From: Hemiscyllium ocellatum
Taxonomy: Eukaryota
Direction of reading: 5' to 3'
Length of the DNA: 64,000 nucleotides
Assembly: GCF_020745735.1 (NCBI RefSeq)
Contig: NW_026867603.1
Span: 2,046,001 to 2,110,000 of the forward strand
Notes under the pieces: generated by a model
Databases searched by the model: none
What the model was told of the DNA's origin: nothing
The model's input: only the letters and a program-made list of their open reading frames with translations
Program-made: the position numbers and the translations under genes
Shown here: positions 37,036 to 51,005 of the stretch, one piece after another
Numbering within the stretch: the stretch's first letter is position 1
How the letters are laid out: every line of letters starts with the position of its first letter

Positions 37036-37334
37036 TTCCTGGTCCTTGGATGCTGCCTGACCTGCTGCGCTTTTCCAGCAACACATTTTCAGCTCTGATC
37101 TCCAGCATCTGCAGACCTCAGTTTCTCCACCATTCAATAAGACTCTGGCTGACCCGATTATTAACAAGCTGATAAAGCATTCGACTGACAATATCCCACT
37201 TCAGCTTCTCTCATTTTAATATATTCCACTACACATCGATTATATTCTGCAGAATAATATTTTTGCTGTTAATTACTGGTCCACACTGTATTCCTCTCCT
37301 CATTCTCGAATTGAAGGAGTCCGTAATGTACTGT

Positions 37335-37620
37335 TTAGATAACTTATAGTGTGGAAACAGGCCCAACACGTCCACACCGAACAGCAGCCCACCCATTCCC
37401 TACATTTACTCCTTCACCCAACAAATTAGCATTGCCAATTCACCTAACTTGCACGATTTTAGACTGTGGGAGGAAACCAGATCACCCGGAGGAAACCCAC
37501 GCACACAGGGGTAGAATGTGCAAACTCCCCGTGTGTACACAGACAGTTGCCTGACGCAGGAAACCCGGGTCTCTTGCGCGGTGAGGCAGTAGTGCTAGCT
37601 ACTGTGCCAATGTACCGCCC
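37335..37620 (-). mobile_element. V-SINE (HE1-like)
   Basis: Reverse-complement copy (AGTGTGGAAACAGGCCC ... ACCGCCC). Confidence 0.8.
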
Positions 37621-37639
37621 ACTGTTCTTTTCCTTTGCC

Positions 37640-38610
37640 TATTCTTTAGGCAAGATAAAAGAGATTGGAACAGACACACTGTTTGCTGGTACTTGACACT
37701 CCAGATACATCGGATCATCCTTCATCATTTCCGCCACCTCCAAATGGACCCCACCCCTATCAGCATTCTGGAAAGACCACTCCCTCCGGGACTTCCTTGT
37801 CAGATCCACACACACCCCCACCCCCCCCCCCCCCCACCAACCAAATCACCACTCCCGGCACCTTCCCCTGCAACTGCAAAAAATGAATAATTGCGCCTAC
37901 ATCTCCCCCCTCACTTCCCTCCAAGGCCCCAAGGGATCCTTCAATATCCATCAGAAATTTACCTGCACCTCCATACACATCATTTACTGCATCCTCTGCA
38001 CTCGATGTGGCCTCCTAGATATTGGGGAGACAGGCGCCTACTTGCGAAATGTTTCAGAGAACACCTCTGGGACACCCAAACCAACCAACACAACCGCCCC
38101 ATGGTTGAACACTTTCACTCCCCTTCCCACTCCGCCATGGACAGGCAAGTCCTTGGCCTCCTCCATCGCCAGACCATGGCAACACGACACCTGGAGGAAG
38201 AGCAACTCATCTTCCGCCTATGAAACCTCCAACCACAAGGGAAGAATGCAGATTGTTCCAGCTTCCTCATTTTCCCTCTCCCCACCTTTTCTCAGTCCCA
38301 AACCTCAGACTCAGCACCGCCTCCTTGACCTGCAATGTTCTTCCCGACCTCTCCGCTCCCACCCCCTCTCCAGCCTATCACGCTCACCTTAACCTCCTTC
38401 CACCTATCGCATTACCATCGCCCCTCCCCAAGTCCCTCCTCCCTACCTTTTACCTTAACCTGCTTGCCACACCCTCCTCATTCCTGAAGAAGGGTTGATG
38501 CCCGAAACGTCGAATCTCCTTCTCCTTTGATGCTGCCTGACCTGCTGCGTATTTCCAGCAACACATTTTTAAGCTCTGATCCCCAGCATCTGCCGTCCTC
38601 ACTGTCTCCT
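37640..38610 (+). mobile_element. Penelope-like element 3' half (GIY-YIG and terminus)
   Basis: FTCTSIHIIYCILCTRCGLLDIGETG..L..CFREHL..., RHLEEEQLIFRL and the terminal hammerhead. Confidence 0.88.
38480..38515 (+). ncRNA. Minimal type I hammerhead ribozyme
   Basis: attc CTGAAGA a GGGT tgat GCCC GAAA CGTC gaat. Confidence 0.65.
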
Positions 38611-38984
38611 ACAATTGTGGAAAAATATAATTTGTTTTAATCCTTTAAAACTGGTTCAATTTGTCTTATATTTGCATTGGATGGTATTTTAGCTTGATCC
38701 AGATGTTAGTATAAAATGACATATTACAGCACTGAGCTTTGTCTCGTTCTCTTTTGGTGGAAGTTGGAAAGGAGTGTTTTCTTACAGCAGAGAGTGAAGA
38801 GAGTGAAGAATGAACAACAAAGTTGATCAATAACACATGCATATTCTGACAAAGGCAATTTTCAATCATAAATATTCTTTTAACCAAAGTATTTTTGATC
38901 ATGTAGTCACATATCAAAAACGTGATATCTAATTTGTGTACCATGAGAAAGCCAGGAAGGAGATAATGACCAGAGCATCTGCTC

Positions 38985-39240
38985 ATTAGGACTAAGCGAT
39001 AAATATTGGCCAGGCCACCAGGTATGATCTCCTCACTTTAATTCAGAATAATAAAAAGGTCCCTTTAGAGGGCAGAATTGGCTTTAGTTTAATGCCTCAT
39101 AGATGTCTGATGTCCAGGATTATCTCAGGACAGCACTGCTGTGGCAGTATCAATTCGTCTGTTCTAACCCCAAGGGTAGATCTTGAATCCTCAAACTTCC
39201 AACTCAAAGATCAGCATACTACTCAGTGGCGCTTGAGCTA
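38985..39240 (-). mobile_element. Probable DeuSINE-type SINE, diverged
   Basis: ATAAATATTGGCCAGG...GTTTAATGCCTCAT...CTTGAATCC.CAAACTTC..ACTCA resembles the reversed Deu-domain SINE layout. Confidence 0.45.
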
Positions 39241-39849
39241 CACACAGCTTTCTGACAAGCGGCTTATAATTTACATCTCCAAGGATTAATGAAGCAATTA
39301 AGGGCAATTGCATCGATTCTGTATGAAATGCAAAATAGGACTCTTATGGTAGAATGAGAGTCTCCCTACCCTATGATCAATAGGCTCAAGTTCCTCGATT
39401 AGAATTAGTCATCTTAAATTCCTGTCCCAACTACAGCAGAGGTGTGTTATACATCTCTGATCGTTTTAATTAAAAAAAAGTAAATTTCTTTAACCAATGT
39501 GCTGTTCTCATTGAGAAAGTGCTACATCTCTAATTAGGAATCAGCACTTTGGGTCACCTTTGCTGATTCCCCGTGTGTCTACGGGAGCCAGTAATGCTTA
39601 TCAGAGTCCACCATTAAAGCTACAAAAAGTCCTCTAATATCTCTCCTCAATGGATCATTCTTCCGTTTTGAATACGGTTAGTGAGCATTCAGTCCTATCT
39701 CTTCCTTATCAACAAATGGCTACCTTGTTTCCAGCTAGCTATCAGAAATAGGTTGACTTGCACTGTCAAAGTGTGGCAATACTGAGACTAACCTTCCCCA
39801 TACATGACCCAGGCTAAGATCACAAGGTGCAGCACAAGCCACTTGCTTA

Positions 39850-40160
39850 TATCCAGAATCAGATAACCAGGAAGGGTGTTCTCCAAGACTGGGGAGTCCA
39901 GAAACAGGGCTCGTGCTCTAAGCATACTAGCTCGGGTATTTTGGACTGAGATGAGGAAACTTTTCTTCACCCTGACAGTGGTGACTCTTTAAATTCACTG
40001 TCATGGAAATTGATTGAGTACAAAACATATTTTGTTTTACGGCTAAAGAGATCAAAGCCTACAGAAAGAATGATGGAACAGGGCACTGAGTTGAATAATC
40101 AGCCATGATCATTTTGAACAGCAGCGCATGCTGAAGGGTCTGAAGAGCTTACGGATCCAC
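39850..40160 (+). mobile_element. CR1 3' fragment
   Basis: GACTGAGATGAGGAAAC...GTGGTGACTCTTT.AATTC and AATCAGCCATGATCAT..TGAA, a CR1 tail. Confidence 0.6.
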
Positions 40161-40369
40161 ATATATCTGTGACCACTTTGTGGCTTGAAGAGATGTGTTT
40201 GGTTCAAAATCTATTTTGATAGGAAAACAAAAGAGAATGTGTTACTAGTTACAATACAGAGTGACGACACAATTTCAGATGATTGTGAATTGGACATTCG
40301 TAAAATTAAATTGAACAATGAGGACGGACTGGAAAACTAAAATAAATTGCTGAGTTAACTTCCAGATGA

Positions 40370-41790
40370 AAATCGAAATATCCTGAAAGAGTTAGCATAA
40401 TCACATAGGGAGATATGTGGGTATAACCTGGGAATTACTAAACTCCTTACACATCATGTTGATTCGAGAAATGCGATTCCAATCAAGCAACATCCTATAC
40501 ACTTAACCTTTGAAAGTTGGCAAAGGTTCAGAAAGAGACTGAACATATACTGAAAGACAATATAATCAAAATCAGTCGTAGCGAATTGAGCTCAAAAACA
40601 TCAGTGGTACCAAAGTCAGATATTATCAAACGATTATGTGTAGACATATGCAAAATCCATGCAGTTACTAAATCTGATGTATAACTTAAATCAAGTTTGG
40701 AAGACCATATTGAGAAGATGGGACAAATAACTTATATTTCTCAGTCCGACTTACTCAAAGGATACTGGCAGTTACATTTATTGAAAAAGATGAAGACAAT
40801 TTCGGCATTCGTGACACCAAAATGCACTGTACCAGTTTACCGTCATGTCATGTGGTATGAAGAATGTGACTACTAGATTTTAAAGACTAACGAATGCAGT
40901 AATTTCTTCCTTACCCAATTGCGTGATACACATTGATGACCTGATTTTTACTCATACGTGGAAGGAAAATTTGCAGAATTTCTCAAAATTATTCATTCTA
41001 CTTTGGGAGGCAAGCTGGATGATAAACCTGGCTGACAGCGAATTCGAGACAACACAAATCGCCCTCCTGGACTATATTATTGGACATGGACAGATGGTCC
41101 TATCGACCAAAAGAGCAGTACGACTATAAAACAACCTTGATTATCCAAAAAAGATAGGTGGGGATAACTGATTGTTCAGATAACTGATTGCTCGGATAAC
41201 TGATCTGATTGCAAACAAAGGAAGCCGTACAGGACTTTGAGCTCTTGTTCGGATAATGGGATTTTGGATACTTGAGGTTTGGATATCAGAGGTTGTCCTG
41301 TATTTGGTAGCAGCACTCGTGAGTTTTATCAGAAAGTCTTTGGAATCTTCGCAGTGTGGTTGCTCCACTCATTGAATTACTGAAGAAATGCAGGACTTTT
41401 CAATGAATGGAAAACTGCCAGAAGGCATTTGACAGCCTGAAAGTTGTGTTTACTATTGCCCCAATATTTGCAACACCTAATAACCCAACACTATTCAAGG
41501 TAGTTATCGATGCAGGTGATTAAAGTGTCGGTGCTGTACTTTTGTAAGAAAAAAACGAGAAGATAAAAAGAACTATCAAATCTTTCTCATGAAGATAAAC
41601 ATTTATCAAAAGAAACATTCGACTGTTGATAAAGAGAGGTTGAGATTGGTATTGGCGTTAGAAAATTTGCCAGTAATATATCTGAGACAACCATACAGAT
41701 TGATCATCATCCATTAACTCTTTGTTGGAGAAATTGAAGAACAAACATTGCATACTGGTTGCGATGGTTTGGAGTGCTGTTTGCCATCTG
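40370..41790 (+). mobile_element. Ty3/Gypsy pol relic (RT and RNase H)
   Basis: PIKQHP...RLCVD...DLLKGYWQ...SAFVTP...CVIHIDDL (YxDD-like), then FKVVIDAG..VGAVL and DHHPL motifs; many stops and frameshifts. Confidence 0.88.
41125..41302. mobile_element. Tc1/mariner (Tigger-type) MITE nested in Gypsy pol
   Basis: TA|TAAAACAACCTTGATTATCC ... GGATATCAGAGGTTGTCCTG|TA imperfect TIRs with TA flanks, and internal GATAACTGA repeats. Confidence 0.6.
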
Positions 41791-44683
41791 GTTTGGGGGG
41801 CATGTCTTCATAAGCAAGCCTCTTTTTCTTATAAAACATTTTGGCTCTCCAAAAATTTCTCTCACGTCGCAAGATTCCGAATTAAAAATACAATTTAGCC
41901 ACATGACAATTCAAACTTTCTTTTTCATCATTGCTTTAGTTTCTGCAGAACAGAGGCTTTTTTATTCTTGAATGCTCGGTGTGTAAAAGAACAATTGATC
42001 AATAACCACAAAATTAAAAGCAAATTAAACCGGTCTCTGGGTCGATAATTTATTGCCAGACATTAAAAGTAACAGAAGTCTCACAATGCTGCATTTCAAG
42101 CCATAATCATTTAATTTAATTAAACTAGGTCATACTCCAAATGTAAAACTGCACAAGATGGTGAATACTTCTTTAAACAATTTGCAACACTAGATTTTTT
42201 AGTCAGCATATAAGTTTAGTCCATATGATCTCCTGGTATTGTTGCTTGAGGATGAGATTACAGTTCATTAAAAGCTTTCCCACCACTAAGATAAATCGGG
42301 TTGCTGGATTTATAGACAATTTTGAACAAAAATATTTTAAATGTTGTGATTCTCCAGTCTTTGATTCCATGCCTGTATTTGAACAGGATTAGGTTGTTGT
42401 GCATATTACCACTGCAGCTTCAATGTTACTTTTCTCTGTATCATCAGGTGACTCCAATTCAGTTGTTATCAGTTACCAACACGCAATGATAATCAATCTT
42501 TCTAATTAAAGCAAAAATTGCTGCAGACGCTCAATGGGTCACAGGATTCAAAACCATTAATTCTGCTTTCCTGCCACAGATGCTGCCAGACTAGCTGATA
42601 TTCTCCAGCAGTTTCATTTTTGTTTCAAATTTCCAGCATCTGCAATTCTGTTTTATTTTAGCCTTTCTAAAATTCTGTCAAACTTCACCTCCTCCAAGTC
42701 TCAAATACATTTATTTTTCACAATGAACTGGACATCAACCTCCTCTTCTTAATACCTCAGACAGGCCACTGTTCCTATGAAGTACAAAACAGGGAATTTA
42801 TGACAATTGGTCCCACTCATTCTTTTGCTAGCCTTGCACTGTTTGTGATGAAGGATGACTTTTGTATTTCCTTTTAATATTAGTTGCCAGTCTCCCTTAC
42901 TCTTCACTTCCCCTCTGAACTGTCTATATTTAGCACGCTTCTCACTGTGGTAATCAATAATCCGTAGCCTTTGCAACATCATTCAGGAATTAGGCTTTTG
43001 TTTTTGCCACCATTTCCTGTTTGAGGAAACGATAAGCTGTACTGAACAGCTGACCCTGAACATTGCCCGAATTTATGCTCAAACGTCATTTCTCAAATGC
43101 CCTCTGTCCCATTGAAATCAGCCCTCCTCCAACTCAGAATTATTCTGGATTGTACCTTGTTCATTTTCTACACAAGCTAAAATCTTGTATTGCAATGATC
43201 AACGCTTCCTTAAATTATCCCAGTCTAATAATTAATGCAGTTTATACATATTGGGTGTATGCACACAAATTATGAAGTTGGCAGTGCAGATTGAAGATAT
43301 CATTAGGATTCTGAACTTTATAACTAGGACCGTCGCATGCAAAATAAGGAAATTATGACAAACTGTTATAAAACGTCTTGTTTTTCCCTCATATCTACTA
43401 TTTATGTAACATGTTTCAGGAAGGAATTCGAGAAGGTGCACTAAAGGTGCACAAAAATGGTACCAGAGATGAGCAACTGGACAACTATGTGGATAGTTTG
43501 AAGAAGCTTAGGCCGCTCTTTATGGTGAACAGAAGATGAAGAAGACATTTTACAAGTGTTCAAAATCATGAGGGATTTGGATAAAGTAAAGTAAAAGGGT
43601 AGGGAAATGCATGTGGATTGGTTACTCTTTGGAGAGTTGCTGTGGACTTTTTGGGCGAAGTGTACTGTATGGATTCTATTTAAGAAAGGCTTGAGAATAA
43701 AAGGACACCGATTAAAGATGATCAGCAAAAAAAACGGTTACAAAGAACACTTTTTATAAACAAATTATTTCAGAAAATGGCATGTTCTGCCTAATATCGT
43801 AGTGGTGGGTGCAGCTTCAATTAAGGTCCTCAAAAGGAATCTGCAATTTACATAAGGAGAGGTTTTGTAGTATCACATCGTAAAAGGACTTGGGAGCCAA
43901 CGTTGGCAAGTTCCTCTTTGAGAGATGATACAAACATGATCAAATCTTTGCTTCCGAGCTGTTACCATTTGTTCGCTTATAATTGCACAAACTGCCTGCT
44001 CGGCAGCTGTTTCCTAACGGTTTGTCATATTCTGAAATAATGACTAACATTGTCATGCATGCAACTAAACTGACATTGCAGTACTTCACTTGATCCAGCA
44101 GCACCTGCATTCCCATTTTCCTCACCGTTTGCACTAACAATGTTTCCAGAACTGCAATTGAGCAAAGAACACAAATTAAGTCATTTAACATAAGTAAACT
44201 TACCCAGAATTAACTCCAAAGCAATTTAAGGCTTGAGATTCAATATGGAAAGCTTGGTCAACTAGTTTTCTTAAGTTAGTCAATGACTCTGCAAGATGCA
44301 TGCGTTGGTATGCGGTTCTTTTGACGTCTCCAGGATGTCTACAGTACACCACAATGAGGTAATATTGGGGTATGGAAGAGACTTTAGAGAGTGCAAGGAA
44401 GAGAAAATCACTTCTTCAGCGTGTCACCCTCGTTTTATAGCCGTTTCTGGGCGAATTCAACCGACCAATGGAAAACTTTGAATGTTTTATGCTGCTTCAA
44501 GTTTGGTCTCTCAAAATAAGCCAAACATTTTTGAACCAGTCAAGCAGTTGTTTTCTGTGATTGTTTTCATCTGTGTTGGTGTTCACGACGCTGCCATGGG
44601 ATACCTTTGTGAGTCAATCCTGATATAATCTTACTCCAACTGCCAGCACTTCCCTTTCACATTATTGGATCCCTAATTTTTTT

Positions 44684-44975
44684 TTAGATTAGACTTACAG
44701 TGTGGAAACAGGCCCTTCGGCCCAACAAGTCCACACCGACCCGCCGAAGCGCAACCCACCCATACCCCTACATTTACCCCTTACCTAACACTACGGGCAA
44801 ATTAGCTTGGCCAATTCACCTGACCCGCACATCTTTGTGACTGTGGGAGGAAACCCACGCAGACACGGGGAGAACGTGCAAACTCCACACAGTCAGTCGC
44901 CTGAGTCGGGAATTGAACCCGGGTCTACAGGCGCTGTGAGGCAGCAGTGCTAACCACTGTGCCACCGTGCCGCCC
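44684..44975 (-). mobile_element. V-SINE (HE1-like), young copy
   Basis: Near-identical reverse complement of 4962-5277. Confidence 0.9.
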
Positions 44976-47900
44976 GTGTCGGTTTAAATATCGCAAATTT
45001 AAACCGACATCAGACGAAACTTACTTGCCAATTCGTTTCCTTAATTTTCTGACAAACTTAGGTTTCCACCTAATTCACAGCGTGAGGTTTCAACATTTTC
45101 ACAGCTGGAACTGGTCATAAAGTACCAGTTAAATAATTTTAAATATGTTCATGATCACAATGTTTATCTTTGCCACTTCTTATCAACATGTAGAGTTTTG
45201 GCTGTGAGGGCAGAAGCTGGTGAGTGGGGAGTAAAGAGGTCAAATAAAGACTTGTCGCCAGTGGGACAGAGGGAGGACACCTCAAATGAATGGATTTAAG
45301 TTTAACTTCCTTGTCTCGGAAAAAAACTCAAGCTCTTTATACACTATTGCTAATTTAACCCTTACAAGCACAACTCGTAACTCATGCTTGATTCACAATG
45401 TGATTATAGTAAATTCTCATTATTCAAGTTCACAGAGCGTTCATGTCATATTAGTCAATATTGGCTGTTTTTTTTTAAAAAAAAGATAATTTTCTTCATT
45501 TTCCTTTGCTTCTCCTTCGTCTGTTCTGAGTTTACAGGAAAATCTGGCTATAATAAACCCAGGAGTAATTGCAGGTCACTGACCCAGAGCAGTGTAATGA
45601 CCTCAGTATTTAGGCTTCTATTAATTGATGACATCAGTGAGATGGTGTGGCTGTGCTGCTGTCTCTATTGAATTCGCCATGAAAGCACTTCATAAGCTTG
45701 ATTCAAACAAATAACCATTATTTGGGAAAGTGGCTGACTCCGCAGATACACATGGCAGTTGGTCGACTTAGAGGATAAAAAAATGCAAAGCATTCAATGG
45801 CGACACTGAATGGGAGATAGACCAATGCGAGGAGACCAGGAGCCGGTCGCAATCCATAGCCATATTTCTTCGAATATGTAGCCATATTTCTTCAAATGTC
45901 ACCGGACCTTGGAGACCATGGCAATGATTTTGGAGGTAGTGTTGAGGAGGGGTGGGAGAGTGAGGATGAGAAGGAAAGACAAACAAAGAGAAGCGATGAG
46001 GTGGGGTGAAGGAGAGGAACCCATTGCTTTAGTATTTTCACTGTGCCTCCAATGTCCAGAAATAAAACCTCAATATTGATCAGCAAGCAATTTCCCATCT
46101 CCGTGTATTGGATGCTTCAATGTTGGTACTACCGTTTAAGAAAACTCTGTATCAAATATTAAATTCCTCAGGAGGCAGTCCAGCAGCTTCTTTAATGTGG
46201 CTGCTGCTGTCTGTACTGGTGTTCTTCGCATTGCACAAAACATTTTGAAGGAATCAATGGTTCTCCAACATTTCCATTTCACACTGCTGTATTCCAAATG
46301 AAGCATAATCAAACCACATCAAAATCAAATCAAATCAAACTTGCTTTTTCGTGGTTGCCCACATATCTGGCATACTTTGATTCCCATCCTTCGGACAATC
46401 TGGTCTGTCAAGATTCCCCAGCCCCAAGTTGTCATAAAGCACAAATGAAACAAAGGACTTACACCTATAAATGACTTGCAAACATTTGAACTTAAACCCT
46501 GAAGATCAAAAGGCTCTACTAAGCTGACACAGAATTGTTTTTTAATAAAAAGAAGAAACACTCAAATCAGCATGAATAATGCAAATATTGGGAGGGGCTG
46601 TGGTCTGGAATAGTGGTGTTTGCTATAGCATTCAGAGATGTTGTCAAGAGGAAGTTCCTCCAGGAATCTTACAGGAAGTCCTGCTCTCCTGAAGTTCGGT
46701 TTCTCATTACACTGTTAAGAAAAGGCCAATTTCAAAGCTAAGACTGCAATATATGCTGACTTTTTTCAAGAGGTTTGCAGGACACCATGGTCTGTCTTTT
46801 TTTTGAGAGATGGGGTGAGTGGAGGTGGGCGATGTAATAGTATTGGGAAGCAAAGAGTTAGGTCGTAAATGTGTCTTCAATATGTTTACCCTCATTGCAC
46901 AGTCCAGTGTTTTGAAGTGAGCAACTGAAGACCTGAACATTGAAGGGAGAGAAATGATTATTGAAAGACTTTGCGTTAGTGCATGCTCAATTATTCACTG
47001 GCTTTTAAATGGGAGTTGATCGGATTGGGAAAATGACAAGGAAGGAGTCTGGCACCTTCCCATTGTTAAGCCATGCTGACATAGACCTGTTCTCTTTGAC
47101 GTCTTGACTCTCCATGATCTCTCATTCGTGTCTCCCTCATTTCTCAGATAGTGCCCATCTTCACTGCCTCAGCAATAATCAGCATGGACAGTAGGGCTCA
47201 GAAATGTGTGGATCTGTCATCCATCGCACTGGACTACTAGCTCTTCAAACTAGGCCACACTGATGAGAAGCCCTGGCAACAATCTCTTCATTGGTCACTG
47301 CTGGCAACATGCCAGCCTTGACGCAGGCCAAGGCCTGCAGGATTCAGTTACAGCATCAGGTCTGGAGCAGTAACTACAAAATTCCACCTAAGATTTCTTT
47401 TTACAACACTAACGATAGAGCAAATATTAGAATGCCAGTCTATAAGTTCTTTAATATTGCAATGGAAAATTGACATTTACTGTGAAATCTGTTAAAGAAT
47501 ACTTTGCAATGTCTTGCAGGCAGGCAGAAATGCAAAGTCAGGGAAAAATGAAAAGTTAAACCAGACTCACAGTAGTGTCAAAAGGTCAGTAAACTATCAT
47601 ATCAACAGTCAAGGAATGAGAAAAACAATTCCATGTGTGGAGAGGTGTTTGAATGTTCCAAGCTCTTGCGTTGCGATAAGAATAAGCGAAGTTTAGTATT
47701 TGGAGAATATGTGAAAGCTATTAAGGCACTCCTTAAATGAGGCATTTTGCCAAATGTATTCGGTCGACCCTGCAGAGTCCGAATAAACGTTTTCTTGGCT
47801 CTTGCTAGCATTTGAGTCCAGTCGATTTAATTTACATGACAAATATAAAAGAACAAATCTGAAAGAAAAATGACAATTGCTGGGAAAACTCAATATAATT

Positions 47901-49269
47901 TGCAGCATCCATGGAGAGAAAGCAAAGCTCATGTTGGGTCAGGTGACCCTTCTTCATGGAGATTTGGAGTTCTGAACAAGAGTAATGCAACTAAAAACAC
48001 GAACTCTGTTTTCACTCCACAGATGGAGCCAGATCTGCTAGCTTTTAGTAGAAAGTCACACATTGTGTTTAGCTTATTTTTCAATATCATCCTTAGTTTC
48101 TGGAGAACCAGAAACACCAGTTACTGTGCACTTACGGCAATTGATGTTTTCAGAGCTGCAAATGGTCTTCAAGTACTATTAAGTTAATTTAAGCAAATAA
48201 TTATGCTCTGAATAAAAACTTTTGTATAAACTTGAATAGGAGTGTAATGATTGCAGTCGGGCTGGAACATGGAAAAAAAAGGATGTGACAAATTCATTTT
48301 TTCAATACTTTACAGTGTTGCATAGTTTAGAAAAGTCTCAAGTAAAGAGCATATGGCAATTATAGAAGGGCAACTAACTATTCAATTTCTCCAGTGAAGA
48401 ACTTTGGATACTGTATCTCCATACAGAACTGAATTTTCCTCATCAACTGTTATCACCACACAATTGCAAACATTATTGGTGGTACGGAAAAATTGATGTC
48501 TGCCATCATTCTGATTTCTCCATCATCTCTTGAAAGTAGGCCATTTCATTCCTGGGAAAGTGACCCAGCAACAATTTCATCATCAGTCCACATCAGCAGC
48601 GTGCTTCCCTTGGTGGTGCCATTCATCACAGCAGTACTGGCTCCAGTTCTCAGTCCAAGCAGCAGGGATCCACCACAATTCACAACATTATTATTGGAAA
48701 TGCATTGTTTTAAAAAAAGAAACACCACATTCTAACTTGTAAAAAAAAACATACTTGGGAGGCAGAGCTCAACAGTTTGTGTAATGTGATAATTATGTCC
48801 TGGAATAACGTATTTGACATTGTGCCCGGATGAATGGAGAAGGAAATACCGAAATAACCTCACAAGAATTGCTGGTTATTCAGCATAACCTTTATTCCAA
48901 ATAAAATTTTAGTCTCGAATTAAATTGAACTTAGGATCAAACTGACACTTCAATTGTTTCAGTTGCTCCTGATGGACTATAGGTTTCATTATCATCGTAA
49001 TTTTGATTGTCAAACTTAGTACGCCTGTAGTTGGTTTTTAAAGATAAATGAAGCCATTTAAATGAGCATTTTCCTGCATCCCACAATTGTGTGCCAGCTG
49101 CTTGAAGGACTGAAAATTCTGGATTGATGACTGCAGCCTGCATTCAGCTCTTTGTCAATGTCTTCAGTTTTGACTGGTTCGTTTGATGCTACATTATGTC
49201 AGTTTTGGTCATGGGTCATTGGAGGAGGGGTTGATGATTTTTTTGTTAGACTGTTAATTCGTAGACAAG

Positions 49270-50710
49270 ATTAGCGTGGTGCTCGAAAAGCACGTAGGTC
49301 AGGCAGCATCCAAAGAGCACGAAAACCGAGTTTTCTGGCCGAAGGCCTTCATAATAAATGAGGCTGTGAGCCTACGGGCTGGAGAAATAAATGGGCAGGG
49401 ATGGGGCTGCGGAGAAGGTTGTTAAGGCGGGAATAGATGAATGGAGGTGGGCATAAAGATGATAGCTCGGTGAGGCGGGTGGAGCGACTAGGTGAGAAGG
49501 AAGATTTGAAGGAAGAACAAGTCATGAGGAAGGTGATGAACTGGCAAGTTGGAACTGGAGTAAGGTGGAGAAGGGGTAATGAGGAAACTGGCGAAATGCA
49601 CATTGATGCCCAGAGGTTGAAGTGTTCCACTGAGCAAAATGAGGCTTACTTCCTCCAGGACTTGGGCGGTGAAGGAGTGGCGGTGGAGGAGGCACAGAAC
49701 CTGCATGGTTTCAGCAGAGTTGGGAGGGAGTTGAAAAGTTTGGCCACGGAGCAGTGGGGCTGATTGGTGTGCGTGTTTTGGAGATGTTCCGTAAAGCACA
49801 CAACAAGAAGGCGTTCAGTCACCCCAATGTAAAAGAGACCACATCGGGAGCAACGGATCCAATAAATGACATTTGTGGAAGTGCAAGTGAAACTTTGGTG
49901 AATGTGGAAGTCTCCTTACGGGCCTTGCATGGAGATGAGCGGGAGGTGTGGGCGCAAGTTTTGTAATTCCTACGGTGGCAAGGGAAGGTGCCAGGCGGCA
50001 TCGAGGGTGGGTTGTTGGGAGGCATGGACCTGACCAGGTAGTCACGGAGGGAACGACATTTGCGGCAAGTGTATCGGGGTTGGGAGGGAAAATATATCCC
50101 TGGTGGTGGGGTCCGTTTGTAGGTGATGGAAATGTCAGTGGATGATGCAGTTTAAGTGGAGGTATGTAGTGTAAAAGGTGAAGACGAGGGGCGTTCTTTC
50201 CTTGTTGTCGTTGGAGGGGTGGGGTTGGTGGTGGCGTTGCGGGACGTGGATGAGCTGCGTTGGAGGGCATCTTCAACCACATCGATGGGAAATTTAGGTC
50301 TTTAAAGATAGAGGCCATCTGGTGTGATCTGTGGTGGAACTGATCCTCCTGGGAGCATATATGGCAGAGGCGGAGGAATTGGAAATAGTAGAGCGTTTTT
50401 GCACGAGTTACGGTGGGAAGAAGTGTAACTCAGGTAGCTGTGGAAGTCTGTGTGTTTGTAAAACTGTCAGTGTTGGTCATCGTTGATGTAGATGGAGATG
50501 TTCAGGAAGGGGAACGAGGTGTCATAGATGGTCCAGGTGAACTTAAAGTCGTGATGAAAGGTGTTGGCGAAGTTGATGAACAGCCCAACCGCCTCGTGGG
50601 AGCACGAGCTGGCGCTGACGCAGCCATCAATGTAGCAGAGGAAGAGGTGATGAGTTGTGACAGTGTAACTACGTCATATGGACTGTTCTACGTGGCCAAC
50701 AAGGCGACAG
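49270..50710 (-). mobile_element. Penelope-like element fragment
   Basis: Minus-strand ORFs MASIFKDLNFP..., GTFPCHRRNYKTCAHTS; homologous to 9160-10228 and 37640-38610. Confidence 0.88.
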
Positions 50711-50729
50711 CATACCTGGAGGTCAAGTA

Positions 50730-51005
50730 ACGCTCTGGGGCCCCGGGTTCAAACGCTGCCCCAGCAGATAATGTAACCCGAATTCAATAAAATAAGACTC
50801 TAATGATAACCATAAACTGATTGGCTACTGTCAAGAAAATCCAACCTGGCTCATGAATGAGCTTCAGGAAATGAAAGTAACTTGTTCTGGCTTCCATGTT
50901 ACTCCATACCCACAGCAATATCGCTGACTCTTAACTGGCCTCTGCTTAATTAGGTACAGACAAAAAATGCAATCCTGGCCATCGATGCTCTTATTCCATA
51001 AACGA
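50730..51005 (+). mobile_element. Short interspersed repeat (same family as reversed 3980-4300 and 5290-5450)
   Basis: GCTCTGGGG.CCCGGGTTCAAA head and CCCACAGCAAT..G.TGACTCTTAACTG body. Confidence 0.5.

Noticed and set aside
44433-44469. Minus-strand TATA (CTATAAAA) with CCAAT
   Set aside because: No downstream gene or LTR boundary was identified, so chance is plausible.
48640-48728. VVNCGGSLL as a trypsin-like protease
   Set aside because: No following TAAHC or other catalytic motifs.
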